In this document: in pieces, positions 24,958-37,800 of the stretch
Numbering within the stretch: the stretch's first letter is position 1
Layout of the letters: the number at the start of each line of letters is the position of its first letter
NCBI RefSeq assembly: GCF_963921235.1
Contig: NC_086098.1
Coordinates: 3,906,001 to 3,970,000, forward strand
Source of the DNA: Mobula hypostoma
Taxonomy: Eukaryota
Length of the DNA stretch: 64,000 nt
Direction of reading: 5' to 3'
The notes under the pieces: generated by a model
The model's input: only the letters and a program-made list of their open reading frames with translations
Told to the model about the DNA's origin: nothing
Databases searched by the model: none
Program-made: the position numbers and the translations under genes

Positions 24958-26985
24958 CCTTTATAACACTCTGTTGAGTGCAGACAATGACGGTTGTTCC
25001 AATGGCATTATCTTTCCGAAAGTAAGCTGTCATCTACAATTGATCAGAAATACGGCAGTTGTAATAGCAGGACTGCAAACAATCGATTTGTAATTATAAA
25101 GGCTTGTTTGTCAATTTGTCTGTTTGTGTTGGGTGGCAGCTTTCTCTCTGTCACAACATGGGAAGCTCAGCTGCCAAAATGTACCCACTTGGGGTGCCCA
25201 GGTTGCAGAGCAGGCTGCCTGCCTGGATTGAATTCAGTCCCAGCAGTGACGTGCAGTGGCAGCAGAAAGTTTCCGAGCTGGGACGTCACTTCTTTCCAAG
25301 CGCATCGAGTCTCAGTGGTTCTTCGCAGTTTGGAAGGTCGCCCTATTGAGAACCAAATCATATTATGTTGTATTCATATAGCTCAGCTGCATCTCGACAA
25401 CAATTTAATAATGCAAACACAATAATACTGTTTGAGCTTTAATACAGACTCCCAATTGACTTGACCAAATGATAAATGAACGAAGAAATGGTGGCACATT
25501 TCAACAGGTTGTTTCTAATAAGCATGTTATTTAGTTTATCAGCCGACTGGTATAATACATTCTACCCTAGACTTACAGATAGATGTGTTAATGCCTCCTT
25601 TGCAAAGGAAACATTGATTCCCTGCAGAGATATCTGTATTAAACCTTTGGAAACTTGCAACTTCAATATTAGATTAAGTGGCAGAAACACTGCTGCTGAA
25701 GAGAGAGAAAATTGAGTATGTTATTGAATTCATGCCCCATCGTCTCAGAATGAGATATAGTATTTTATAGAAACGTGGTTTCCTTATAACAGACAACAGA
25801 GCTGTTTATATTCATTGCCTTTGATTGGTGAACAGCCTACACAGGAGTTTGAGCTGTATATTTATTATTGCATTTTAAAGAATTCCTATCATTAAAGTTT
25901 TTGTTATTTTTTACACTAGTCTTTTAGCTTTTGTGCTTCATGAGCATATTTTGATGTTCATGAAGATTGAATATACATAATCTCAATATACACTCAGTGG
26001 CCACTTTATTATGAACACATGTACACCTTGTTAATGCAAATATTTAATCAACCAATCGTGTGGCAGCAACTCAATGCATAAAAGCATGCAGACATGGTCA
26101 ACAGGTTCAGTTGTTGTTCAGACCAAACATCATTCTGAAACCTCCAGTACTTAATAAAGTGGTCACTGAGTGTATGTTTGAAGTCTTCTGCTGCTGTAAC
26201 CCATCTAATTCAAGGTTCGACATGTTGTGCATTCATTGCCGCCTTCTGTCAGCTTGACCTCCATCATTAACAAGATGTTTTCACACACAGAACTGCTGCT
26301 CACTGGATGCTTTTTGTTTTTTGCACCATCCTCTTTAAAATCAAGACAGCTGTGCATGAAAATCACAGGAGATCAGCAGTTCCTAAGATTCTCAAGCCAC
26401 CCCATCTGGCACCAGCAATTATCCCATGGTCAAAGTCACTTAGATCACATTTCTTCCCCATTCCGATGTTTGGTCGGAACAACAACTGAACTGCTTGACC
26501 TTGTCTACAGTCTTTTATGCATTGAGTTGCTGCCACATGATTGGCTGATTAGGTATTTGCATTAACGAGCAGGAGTACAGGTGTATCTAATAAAGTGGAC
26601 ACTACCGCACAGAAACAGGCTCTTTGGCCCATCTAATCCATGACGAACTATTATGCTCCTAGTGCACCTGGACCATAGCCCATGGATGAGAGGGATATGG
26701 GTTTGAGTTTCCCAGAAACTGATGATCTCTTGAGATTTTCACACGCAACAGTCTCTAGAGTTCACAGAGAATGGTGCGAAAAACAAAAAAAATCCAGGCA
26801 AAAATGTCTTGTTAATGAGAGAGGTCAGAGGAGAATGGCCAAACTGTTTCAAGTTGACCGGAAGGTGACAGTAACTCAAGAAACCACACATTACATCAGT
26901 GGTGTGCAGAAGAGCATCTCTGAACACACAACATAAGATCCTTGAGGTGGGCGGGCTACAGCAGCAGACCATGAAAATACAAGTC

Positions 26986-27520
26986 AGTTAACCGACATGT
27001 CAGTCCATGGCCTCCTCTACTGTAAAGATGAAGCCACACTCAGCTTGGAGGAACAACACCTTATATTCTGTCTGGGTAGCCTCCAACCTGGTGGCATGAA
27101 CATTGACTTCTCTAACTCATGTTAATGGTCCCCCCTTCCACATTCCACAATTCCCATTTCCCTCTCTCACCTTATCTCCTTATATGCCCAAACCCCCACC
27201 ACCCACCCCCCTGGTGCTCTTCCTTCCCTTTCTTCCATGGTCTTCTACCCTCTCCTATCAGATTCCCCCTTCTCCAGCTCTTTAACTCTTTCACCAATCA
27301 ACTTCCCGGCTCATTACTTCACTCCCTCCTCCTCTCCTGGTTTCACCTGTCACCTACCACTTTGTACTTCTTCCTCCCCTCCCCGCATCGTCTTACTCTG
27401 ATTTCTTGTCTTTTTTTCCAGTCCTGATGAAGGGTCTCGGCCTGAAACGTCAACTCTTTATTCTTTGCCATAGATGCTGCCTGAACTGCAGAGTTCCTCC
27501 AGCATTTTGTTTGTGTTACA
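26986..27520 (+). mobile_element. Penelope-like element 3' end (GIY-YIG C-terminus, UTR, hammerhead), inserted in the Tc1 remnant
   Basis: 'GLLYCKDEATLSLEEQHLIFCLGSLQPGGMNIDFSN', a pyrimidine-rich UTR, then CAGTC-CTGATGA-AGGGTCTCGGCCT-GAAAC-GTC. Confidence 0.85.
27419..27456 (+). ncRNA. Minimal type I hammerhead ribozyme motif
   Basis: CUGAUGA (27424-27430), short stem II, GAAA, palindromic ACGU stem III and a GUC triplet (27449-27451); stem I is partly decayed (CAGUC against AACUC). Activity is untested. Confidence 0.65.
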
Positions 27521-27744
27521 ACATATAGCCAGTGACCACTGAGTGCATCTTGAATATAATTTGTTTTAATTGTTGCTTCATGAACAAATAATGGCAAACA
27601 TTTCAAGAGAATAGAGTGTTTTCATTGATACTCGATTAATCTCTGTATAATACAATACTGTCTGGTATCTGAACAGCAGATTCCTGGTCAAATTATCAAC
27701 ACGTCTTCCTTTGTGTGTCAGCGAGGATTCTGTTGGTTATAATA

Positions 27745-28275
27745 AGCACTGTTTATCTAACAAAGGATGTGCAGATGTTGGAGAGGGTTCAGAGGAGGAT
27801 CACAAAAATGATTGCCAGAATGAAAGAGTTATCAAATGAGGAGCGTTTTATGTCTCTGGGCCTGTCCTCACTGGAATTCAGAAGAATGAGGAGTGACCTC
27901 ATTGAAAACTATTGAATGGTGATAGGCCTTGATAGTGTGGATGTGGAGCGGATGTTTCCTATGGTGGGAGAGAGGATGTTTTCTTTGGTGGGAGAGAGAG
28001 CACAGGTCAGAATCTCCTTAGAACAGAGATGAGGAGGAATTTCTTTAGCCAGAGTGTGATGAATCTGAGGGATTCGTTGTCACAGGTGGCTGTGGAAGCT
28101 GAGTAATTGGGTATATTTAAGGCAGAGGTTGATAGATCCTTGATTAGTCAGGGCATGTAGGGTTATGGGGAGAAGGAGGAAGTTCAGGGCTGAGAGGCAA
28201 ACAGATCAGCCATGATCAAATGGTGGAGCAGACTTGATGCACCAAATGGCATAATTCTGCTCTTATGGTCTTATA
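27745..28275 (+). mobile_element. CR1 3' fragment
   Basis: 'KDVQMLERVQRRITKMI...LEFRRMRSDLIE' plus 3' UTR. Confidence 0.85.
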
Positions 28276-28489
28276 GTATAGGTCATTTGTCCCAAGGTGT
28301 TGTGCTGACCTTTTAACCTGCTGCATTTTACTACCGCCCAAGTGCCAATCTAAGAGTTTATTAAAAGTCCCTAGAGAACAAATCTTCCACTCCAATAATC
28401 TTCCACTCATTTTGCCTTGATCCCATCAAGGAGTAGTCTATATGAAAGTTCAACTGCTTAAGACCTGTTGCTGCCTAGCAAAGCGACAC

Positions 28490-29335
28490 AAGGCCCAACA
28501 CACAGATGCAATTGCGAAGAAGGCACATGGATGGCTGTACTTCATTAGGAGTTTCAGAAGATCTGGTGTGTCACCGAAGTCTTTAACAAGTTTGTATACA
28601 TGTATTGTGCAGAGAATTCTGACTGGTTGCTTCACCGTCTGGTATGGATGCGCCACTGCACAGGGCTGGGAAAAGCTGCAGAGGGTTGTAAACTTAGCCA
28701 GCTCCATCATAAGCACCAGCCTCCCCAGCATTGGGGACACCTTCAAAAGGCTGTGCTGCAAAAAGGCGGCATCCATCATTACGTACCCTGATCACCCAGG
28801 ACATGCCCCCTTCTCATTGCTACCATCAAGGAAGAGGTAATGGAGCCTGAAGACATACACTTAACGTTTCAGGAACAGCTTCTTCCCTTCCGCCATCAGA
28901 TTTCTGAATGGACAGTGAGCCCATGTACACTGTCTTACTATTATGCTGTCTTTACGGGGATAAGGCAGGAGAGCAGAGTAGAGAAGGAAAATGGATCAGC
29001 CATGATCAAATGGCAGAGCTGGCGTGGTGGGCCAAATGGCCTAATTCTGTTCCTGTGTCTTAAGGTCTTATCATCAAAATGTGATATCTTAAAAAGGCAT
29101 CTTCCATCATTAAGGACCCCCGTCACCCAGGATGTGCCCTCCTCATTGTGACCATCAGGGAGGAGGTACAGGAACCTGAAGATGCATGCTCAACGTTTAG
29201 GAATATCTTCTACCCCTCCACCTTCATATTTCCAAACAGTCCAGTATTTTAATGTATTACGCTGTACTGCTGCCACAAAACATCAGATTTCATGACAAAT
29301 GCCAATAGTAATAAACCTGATGCTGATTCTGACAT
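28490..29335 (+). mobile_element. Rex1/L2-like C-terminal fragments with 3' UTRs
   Basis: 'AKKAHGWLYFIRSFRR...ILTGCFTVWYG...LQRVV...HPGHAPFSLLPSRKR'; tail 'aataaacctgatgctgattctga'. Confidence 0.75.
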
Positions 29336-29357
29336 GACGCAGAAGGAAATATGGATT

Positions 29358-29950
29358 ATCCAAGTCAGATTGTTGTGTTCAGCAATTCCTGTTGTTCTCA
29401 GATTGTACAACAGTTCCTGTTGTGTTCAGATTGTTCAGCGGTTCCCATTGCATTTGATTGTCAGGCAATTCCTGTTGTGTCTGGAGTGTTCAGAGGTTCC
29501 TGTTGTGTTTGGATTGTAGAGCAGTTCCTGTTGCGTTTGATTGTCAAGCAATTCCCATTGTGTTTGGATTGTTCAGCATTCCTGTTGCATTTGATTGTCA
29601 AGCGATTCCCGTAGTGTTCAGATTGTTCAGTGGTTCCCATTGTGTTTTGGATTGTTGAGCGGTTCCTGTTGTACTAGGATTGTTGAGTGGTTCCTGTTGT
29701 GTTCAGATTGTTCAGTGTTTCCCATTGTGTTCGAATTGTTCAGCGATTTCTGTTGTGTTTGGATTGTTGAGCAGTTCCTATTGTACTAGGATTGTTCAGT
29801 GGTTCCTGATGTGATCAGATTGTTCACTGGTTTCCATTGTGTTCGAATTGTTCAGCAATTCCTGTTGTGTTTGGATTGTTCAGCGGTTTTAATTGTGTTC
29901 AGATTATTCAATGGTTCCTTTTGTGTTCAGTGGTTCCTGTTGTGTTTGGA
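29358..29950. repeat. Minisatellite with a unit of about 24 bp
   Basis: Roughly 24 diverged copies of 'gattgttcagcggttcctgttgtgtt(t/c)(g/a)'. Confidence 0.9.
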
Positions 29951-31124
29951 ATGTTATAATTTTAAGGTGATTGGTGGAAATTATACGGGGTATGTCAGAG
30001 TTAGGTGGTGGCTGTGTGGAATTCCTTTTCAGTGATGGTAGTAAAGGCAGATATGTTGCAGACATTTGGATGAGCACATGGATGATAGAAGAGTGGAGGG
30101 TTATGCAGGAGGGAGGGTTAGTTTGATCATAGAGTAGGTTAAAGGTCGGCACAATATTCCGGGCTGCCGAGACTACACTGTGCTATAATGTTTTATGTTC
30201 TGTTGTCTAGGCATAAAGCCAATCATGAGAATGTCTCATCTTCTCCGTGTTATTTTTTTATTTTGTATTTGCACATTTTGTCATTTACATATTAGTTGTT
30301 TGTCAGTCTTTGTTTCTGTGTAGTTTTTCACTGATTCTATGGTATTTTCTTGTTTCCTGTGATACCCGCAAGAGAATGAATCTCAGGGTTGTATATAGTG
30401 ACATAAATGTACTTTGATAATAAATTTGCTTTGAACTTTGAATCCTTCATTTTTTCTGCCACTTTCTTTTTGACCTATCTTCATTTCTGACTTTTTCTAT
30501 CATTATGCGGTATTTTTAAATTTTAAAATTGCTCCAGTTAAAATTGCAAGGTTTTTAATTCTCTTCTGGCACAACAGCTTAAAGCATTAGAGACAGCATC
30601 AAAGCAGTCAGCAATGGCAGCAATATCCCTGTACTGTTGCTTTGCAAAAGACTAAGAACCAGATTATTAAGTAAACCCCCTGCTAGTAAAACAACTGTGC
30701 ACTGTAATTGGGAGAGTTTTCTCTGAAGTGTGTACCTCCTGTCACACAGTATCACATACCGGTGTATATCAGGAAGGCAATGCATGAGAGCGCAATGCAA
30801 TCAAAGAAAACTGCATACTGTACCTGCAGCTGGGTGATGTAAATATACGTTTGCTTCTATGTAATGGACCAGGTGTAATATCGATGAGTCCTGCATTTAA
30901 CAGAAAAAAAAATTCAAAATAAATGTATCTCAAGGAATCTTAATCAGTTCATGACTAATTTAATCTAGAGAATAGAACAGTTGGCTCCATTCTGCAGCTT
31001 CCCCTCCCCCACCTAATTTGTTTTTAGGTTTTAGTTCTATGTGTTTTAATTTCTTTAAGATTTGAATTTTATGATTTTATTAAATATACAGCTGGAAATG
31101 TTCAAGATAGGAGTAGCCAGTTTG

Positions 31125-31400
31125 TTCACCTCCCAGCTTCTCACATCATTGCTCCCCCACTCACTCACCCACCCTTCCCCCTCACCTGGTCTCACCTATC
31201 ACCTGGCAGCTTGTACTCCTTCCCCTCCCCTACCCACCTTTTTATTCTGGCATCCTCCCCCTTTCCTCTCCATTCCTGATAAAGGGTCGCAGCCTGAATC
31301 GTTGACTGTTTATTCCTTTCCGTAGATGCTGCCTGAGTTTCTCCAGCATTTGTGTGTGTTGCTGTAGATTTAAAGCATCTGCAGAATCTCTCGTGTTTCT
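31125..31400 (+). mobile_element. Penelope 3' UTR/terminal-repeat fragment (degenerate hammerhead)
   Basis: Pyrimidine-rich UTR, then CATTC-CTGATAA-AGGGTCGCAGCCT-GAATC-GTT-GACTG and the family tail. Confidence 0.72.
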
Positions 31401-31534
31401 GAATCCGTCTCTAGTTTTAATAATTCAAGGTGATTCTGATGCAATAAACGTCTATTGCAAACCAGTTTCACATTCAGAGAAATAGACTTCATTTGTAAAT
31501 TGTTGCAGCAATTTCCTAATTGCTCAGCTTCCTA

Positions 31535-32135
31535 CCATAAGACCACAATCTGTGTGGATTGGAAATAACATCTCCACCTTGCACTGGTGCACCTCAGGAG
31601 TGTGTGCTTAGCCCACTGCTCTAATCTCTATACCCATGACTGAGCGGCTAGGCATAGTTCAAATGCCACCTATAAATTTGGTGATGTCAGTAGAATCTCA
31701 GATGGTGATGAAAGGGCGTGCAGGAGGGAGATATACTACCTAGTGGAGTGGTGTCATAGCAACAACCTGACACTCAACATTAGAAAGATCAAAGAGCTGA
31801 TTGTGGACTTCAGAAAGGGTAAAATGAAGGAACACACACCAATCTTCATAGAGGGATCAACGTGGAGAGAGTGAGCAGTTTCAAGTTTCTGGGTGTCAGT
31901 ATCTCAGAGGACTTAACCTGGTTGCAACATATCGATGCAGCTACAAAGAAGGCAAGCCAGCAGCTATATTTCTTTAGGAGGTTGAAGAGTTTTGGTTTAT
32001 CACCTAAATACTCGAAAACTTCTTCAGATGTACCACAGAGAGCATTTTGACTGGCTGCATCGCTGTCTGGTATGGGGTGGGGCTACTGCACAAGACCGAA
32101 ATAAGTTGCAGAAAGTTGTAAAATTAGTCAGGTCC
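31535..32135 (+). mobile_element. Rex1/Babar-type RT fragment
   Basis: 'TGAPQECVLSPLL' remnant and 'ERVSSFKFLGVSISEDLTW...KKASQQLYFFRRLK'. Confidence 0.8.
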
Positions 32136-32139
32136 AAAA

Positions 32140-33620
32140 TCATTAGAATCTGGCATGGTGCCAGAGCAAATGTCACTCCACCCTTTAAGAAAGGAGGAAC
32201 GCAGCAGAAAGGAAATTATAGACTAAGTTAGTCTGACCTCAGTGGTTGGGTAGATGTTGGAGTCTGTTGTTAAGGATGAGGTTATGGAGTAATTGGTGAT
32301 ACAGGACAAGACAGGACAGAGCCAACATAGCTTCCTTAAGGAAAAATCTTGCCTGAAAAACCTGCTGGAATTCTTTGAGGAGATTACACGTAGGATAGAT
32401 AAAGGGAGTGCAGTGGATGTTTTATATTTGGACTTTGAGAAGGCCTTTGACAAGGTGCCACACATGAGGCTGCTTAGCAAGATGAGAGCCCTTGGCATTA
32501 CAGGAAAGTTACTGGCATGGTTAGTACATTGGCTGATTGGTAGGAGACAGTGAGTGGGATTGAAAGGATCTTTTCTGGTTGGCTACCAGTGACTAGTGGT
32601 GTTCCGTAGGGGTCGGTGTTGGGACCACTTCTTTTTATGCTGTATATTGATGATTTAGATGATGGAATAGATGGCTTTGTTCCCAAGTTTGCAGATGATA
32701 CGAAAATTGGTGGTGGGGCAGGTAGTGTTGAGAAAACAGGTAGGCTGCAGAAGGACTTGGACAGATTAGGAGAATGGGAGTGGCAAATAAAATACAATAT
32801 TGGAAAATACATGGTGATGCACTTTGGTAGTAGAAATAGATGTGCAGACTATTTTCTAAATGGGGAGAAAATCTAAAAATCTGAGATGCAAAGGGACTTA
32901 GGAGTCCTTGTGCAGAACACCCTGAAGGTTAACTTGCAGGTGGAGTCTGTGGTGAGGAAGGCAAATGGCATGTTAGCATTCATTTCAGGAGGTCTAGAAT
33001 ACAAGAGCAAGGATGTGATGCTGAGGCTTTATAAGGCACTGGTGAGGCCTCAACTTGAGTATTGTGAAGAGTTTTGTGCTCCTCATCTAAGAAAAGATGT
33101 GCTGGCATTGGAGAGGGTTCAGAGGAAGCTCACAAGACGATTCCGAGAATGAAAAGGTTATCAAATGAGGAACATTTGATAGCTCTGGGTCTGTACTCAC
33201 TGGAGTTTAGAAGGATGAGGGGGGATCTCATTGAAACCTTTCGAATGTTGAAAGGCCTAGACAGGGTAGATGTGGAAAGGATGTTTCCCATGGTGGGGGA
33301 GTCTAGGACACGAGGGCACAGCCTCAAGATAGAGGGACATCCATTTAAAACAGAGATGTGCAGAAATTTCTTTAGCCAGAGGTTGGTGAATTTATGGAAT
33401 TTATTACCACAGGCAGCTGTGGAGGCCAGGTCATTGGGTGTATTTAAGGCAGAGTTTGAATGGTTCTTGACTGGCCACTGCATTAGAGGTTACAGAGAGA
33501 AGTACAAGGAGTGGGGTTGAGGGGGGGAAAGAAGATCAGACATGATTAAATGGTGGAGCAGACTTGATGGAGCAAATGGCCTAATCTTCCTCCTATGTCT
33601 TATGGTCTATGGTCTTGTGG
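32140..33620 (+). mobile_element. CR1-type LINE, 5'-truncated RT and 3' UTR
   Basis: 'YLDFEKAFDKVPH', 'LGPLLFMLYIDDL...KFADDT' and 'LYKALVRPQLEYC'; (tatggtc)n tail. Confidence 0.92.
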
Positions 33621-33883
33621 TCACTCAGTGATTCAGGACCAGCTTCTTCCCCTCTGCCATTCAATTTTTAAAAGGACATTGAACCCATGAACACTACCTC
33701 CCTACTTTTTTTTAAATTTCTATCTTTGCACTACTTATTCTAACTATTTAATATATATATATTTACTGTAATTCAGTTTTTAAAAATGTATCCTGTATTG
33801 CATTGTGCTGCTGCCGCAAAGTTAATAAATTGTGCAACATGTGCCGGTGATATGAAATCCGATTCTGATTCTGAGCAACTGAA

Positions 33884-34150
33884 GGGCGGCATGGTAGTGT
33901 AGTGGTTAGCGCGATGCTTTACAGCACAGGCAACCAGGGTTCAATCCCTGCTGCTGCAAACTGAAAGGAGTTTGTACCTTCTCCCTGTGATTCCCTGGGT
34001 TAGCATCCCTGCTTGTACATTCATTCCCACAGTCCAAAGACACACCGGTGAGTAGGGTAATTGGTCATTATGAATTTATCGGTGATTGAGCTTGGATTAA
34101 AATGGGGGATTGGTGAATGGCATCCGCTCTGTATCTCAGCAAGTAAATAG
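33884..34150 (+). mobile_element. V-SINE-like element
   Basis: A box-like 'tagtgtagtgg', B box 'ggttcaatccc' and 'tcccacagtccaaaga'. Confidence 0.75.
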
Positions 34151-34751
34151 CTCCTGAACTGCATTGAAACCCTATAATTTATCTTGTTATGCAGGATGCA
34201 AAACTGTTCAGAATAAAACTGCATTCCTTTCTCAGTGTTAAGAGTAGATCATATTTGATGCATTATTTACAGTCATACAGACTGCAGCGTCGAAGCAGTT
34301 TGTGCTGAACTATTATTCTGCCTGCTCCCATTGACCTGCACCTGGACCATCACCCCCCATGCTCATCTCAACTTGTTTAAATTTCTCTTAAAGGTTGGAA
34401 TTGAACCCGCATTCCCCAGTTTTTGTGGCTCTTGTTCCACACTCTCGCCACTCTCTGAGTGAAGAAGTTCCCCTTAAATATTTCACCTTTCACCTTTAAC
34501 CCATAACCTCTCCTATTCTCAACCAACATCAGTGGAAAAAGCCTGTGTGCATTTACCCTATCTATACCCCTCTATCAAATCTCCCCTCAATGATCTGTGC
34601 TCCAGGGAGTAAAGTCCTAACCAGATACTTAGTTATACAATATTTAACTTTCATTATTGTAGGTGAATTTTGTCTGAAACAGTCAAGCCATGGAGCGCTA
34701 GTGGTGTTACATTCTAAAGAATCTATCTTGAAAACAAGCGGTAATTTATTA

Positions 34752-34877
34752 ACGCAAACACGAGGAATTCTGCAGATGCTGGAAATTCAAGCAACACACA
34801 TCAAAGTTGCTGGTGAACGCAGCCGGCCAGGCAGTATCTCTAGGAAGAGGTACAGTCGACGTTTCGGGCCGAGACCT
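34752..34877 (-). mobile_element. Penelope terminal-repeat fragment truncated within hammerhead stem II
   Basis: Minus strand begins GGTCTCGGCCC-GAAAC-GTC-GACTGTA; CUGANGA is absent. Confidence 0.72.
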
Positions 34878-37800
34878 ACTCCACTCTCTGAGCTAATCTT
34901 TATATTATAATGTTGGAAAATATAATACAGCTTTTAGATTCATGATTATTTGTAGAATATGGAGTGAAATTTACCTGAACTGCTTGTTTGGAGTGAGCAA
35001 CTATTAAAAACAGTCCTGAGGATGATGAGCGACACAAGCCTACAGATATTGGGTCCTGAGTACAAAAAATAAGGGGAAAATACCCATTTCACTTTACAGA
35101 CACTGCCTGACACACTGAATCTCTTTGGCAGCTCCATTCTTGATCTGAGAACTGGTTCAGAATTGACTGGTAGAGTTGGGTATGAAGGTAAAATTCTGGC
35201 TTTATTACCCTTCAACCATCAGGATCCTGAACCAGTGAGGATGACTTCACACGCCTGAACTCTGAACTGATTCCACAGACTACAGATTCCCATTCAAGGA
35301 CTCTACAAATCATGTTATATATAGTGCTGTGAAAAAGGTTTTCACAGTACTCATATATATAGCTAGGGTGCCTAAGATTTGCACAAAACAGTAGTAATTT
35401 TATTTATTGCCCTGCACTGCTGCTACAAAAAAAAACAAATTTCATGACATATGTGAGTGATGATAAACCTGATCCTGATATGGGTCTCTATTGTGGAGTG
35501 AGAGTGGGAAGTGGACAGGGAGAGGGGGATTATGGTTGGGAAAAGGGGAAGGGAGAGGGGAGGGAGTGGGAAGCACTGGAGAGACATTCTGTAAAGATCA
35601 ATAAACCAAATGTTTGGAATCAAATGACCTTGCTTGGAGTCTCAGGGCTGGGTATTACTGCACCTGCGCCACACCCAGCCCCTGGCACTCCTCTGCCACC
35701 TGTCCCGCACCCCTCCTGCAGCACTCCACCCTCACCATTCCCAATAGCCTTTGCTTCCACCAGATTTAAAACTCTCTCTGCTGCACATTGACAAATACTA
35801 AAGTCTTAGGCACCCTAGCGATATATATGAGGCTATATATCTGTGCCTGAGACTTTTGCGGAGTACTTTAGATTTGTATTCTTTATTTGCACAATTTATC
35901 TTTTGCACATTGGTCCTTTGTCAGACTTTATGTAGGTATAGTTTTTCATAGAACCTGTTGTATTTCTTTATATTCTTGACAAATCTCAGGGTAGTATATA
36001 GTGGCACATATAACATGTACTTTGAGAACAAATTGTCTTTGACTTTGACTTACTTGTCACACATATATTGAAACATCAAAACAAACAGCATTTGTGTCCA
36101 TGAATGACACAGTCCGAAGATTGTGCTGGTGCTGGGGGCTGGGGTAACTCAAAAGTGACGCTATGCTTCCAAACAGAATAGCATGCCCACCAATTTGTGA
36201 CCCTAATCCGTATATCTTTGGAATGTGGGAAAATACCAGTGCACCTGGAGGAAACTCTATACAGTCACAGGGAGAAGATATAAACTCCATACAGTCACAG
36301 GGAGAAGATAGAAACTCCTTGTAGACAACAGCGGGAATTGAATCTTACTCCCTGTGCTATAAAGCGTTACATGAACCACTATGCTGTGATGAAAAGGTTG
36401 CCATAAAGCTTTGTGGGTAGTTTCACTGCTTTCAGAGATTTAATGTGGTTACAGTTTATAAGACCATAAAATAGGGGAGCAGAATTAGACAATTGGGTCC
36501 ATTGACTCTGCTCCACCATTTCATCATGCCTGATCCAGTTTTCCTGTCAGCCCCAATCTCCTGCCTTCTCATCTTCATGCTCTGATTAATCAAGAATATG
36601 TCATATTGTTTAATGTTAATGTTTATCATTTTAAAAATCTAAATATAGTTAAGTTCAGTGGAATTTGATATTAGACCTTCGTTGAACTTTATCCATTTGA
36701 TGCCACTGAAAGGACTTAATTCTGGTCATTTAAGCAATTTATTATTTCAAACATGATTTAAAAAAAATAACTCTTTACTCTTTAGTACACAGCTCTTTTC
36801 AGTCCAGTTGGAATAATTTTCTATTCTCGAATTTGATGATTGCTCCTAAATCTTCGGAGTGTGGCCCTCAGGTTAAACTGTACTGTCTCTTGTCATTACC
36901 TCTCCTTCTCAGTATGAGGAGTTGCTGAGTGAATCAAGCCTTGGCTTCAATATGTAACGAGGTGGGCAGGTTGGGATGAGAGGCATGGGGGGTGGTGGAA
37001 GCGTTGTGAAGAATAGAGTACAGTGAAGTGGAATGTTAAAATGATCAGAAACCCAGCAAGGGAGGGAATGAACATGTACAAAGTACTACAGAGAGAGTGA
37101 AATGTCTGTTCTGGGCAGGCAATTTTCCACCTTCTCCAGTGCAAAGGCAATAATTATAGATGTTCAAAATGAAAAGAACCCACTTTGCCCAATTCCAAAA
37201 AGGAATTTCTCATAATGTAGCATGAGATTAATTTCTACTTCTTTACCGTAACAAGTTCTCACCATTGCGTGGGGAATAAATGATCTGTCATATAATCAAT
37301 CACTAGAAAATTTAATAACTCTGAATGCTCAGATGAAAGAATAACGATTAGCTTTATTTGCCACATTCACATTGAAACATACGGTGAAATGTCTTGTTTG
37401 CATCAACAACCAACACAGTCCAAGGTTATGCTGTGGACAGCCCAGAATAGAAATTGCTTGAAAACACACACGCAGTGATTCAGGATTAGCTTCTTCCCAT
37501 CTGCCACCAGATTTCTGAAAGGTCCATGAACACCACTTCGTGTGCAACCCTCTCACCGGGGTTCATATACAGACTTAGCTCATTGGCTAACCCTGCTGAC
37601 CGCCACGTGACTCGGCCACCTTCATAACAGATCGGATACAGTATAAAATTATAAAGAGACTATATTTATCAATTTCAGCTTTATCAAATAGTTAAGAGAA
37701 AAAAAGAAAAATAAACCAAAGGGCCCTTTACAGTTAAATCAGTGTAAATATTCACCTAAATGTTGTAGTGGATGGCTGTATCGCTTTACTCACAGCAGTG

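Larger units (their letters stand above)
25991..27546. mobile_element. Tc1/mariner-type transposon remnants (three partial copies)
   Basis: TA-flanked TIR cactcagtggccactttatta at 25991 with inverse copies at 26152-26172 and about 26588-26603. Transposase N-terminus 'MGKKCDLSDFDHGIIAGAR' on the minus strand (about 26460-26405) and 'FSHATVSRVHREWCEKQK...ERGQRRMAKL...ISEHTT' on the plus strand (26682-26936). Confidence 0.82.

Noticed and set aside
29292..30035. Cys-rich or hydrophobic ORFs
   Set aside because: They are translations of a 24-bp minisatellite.
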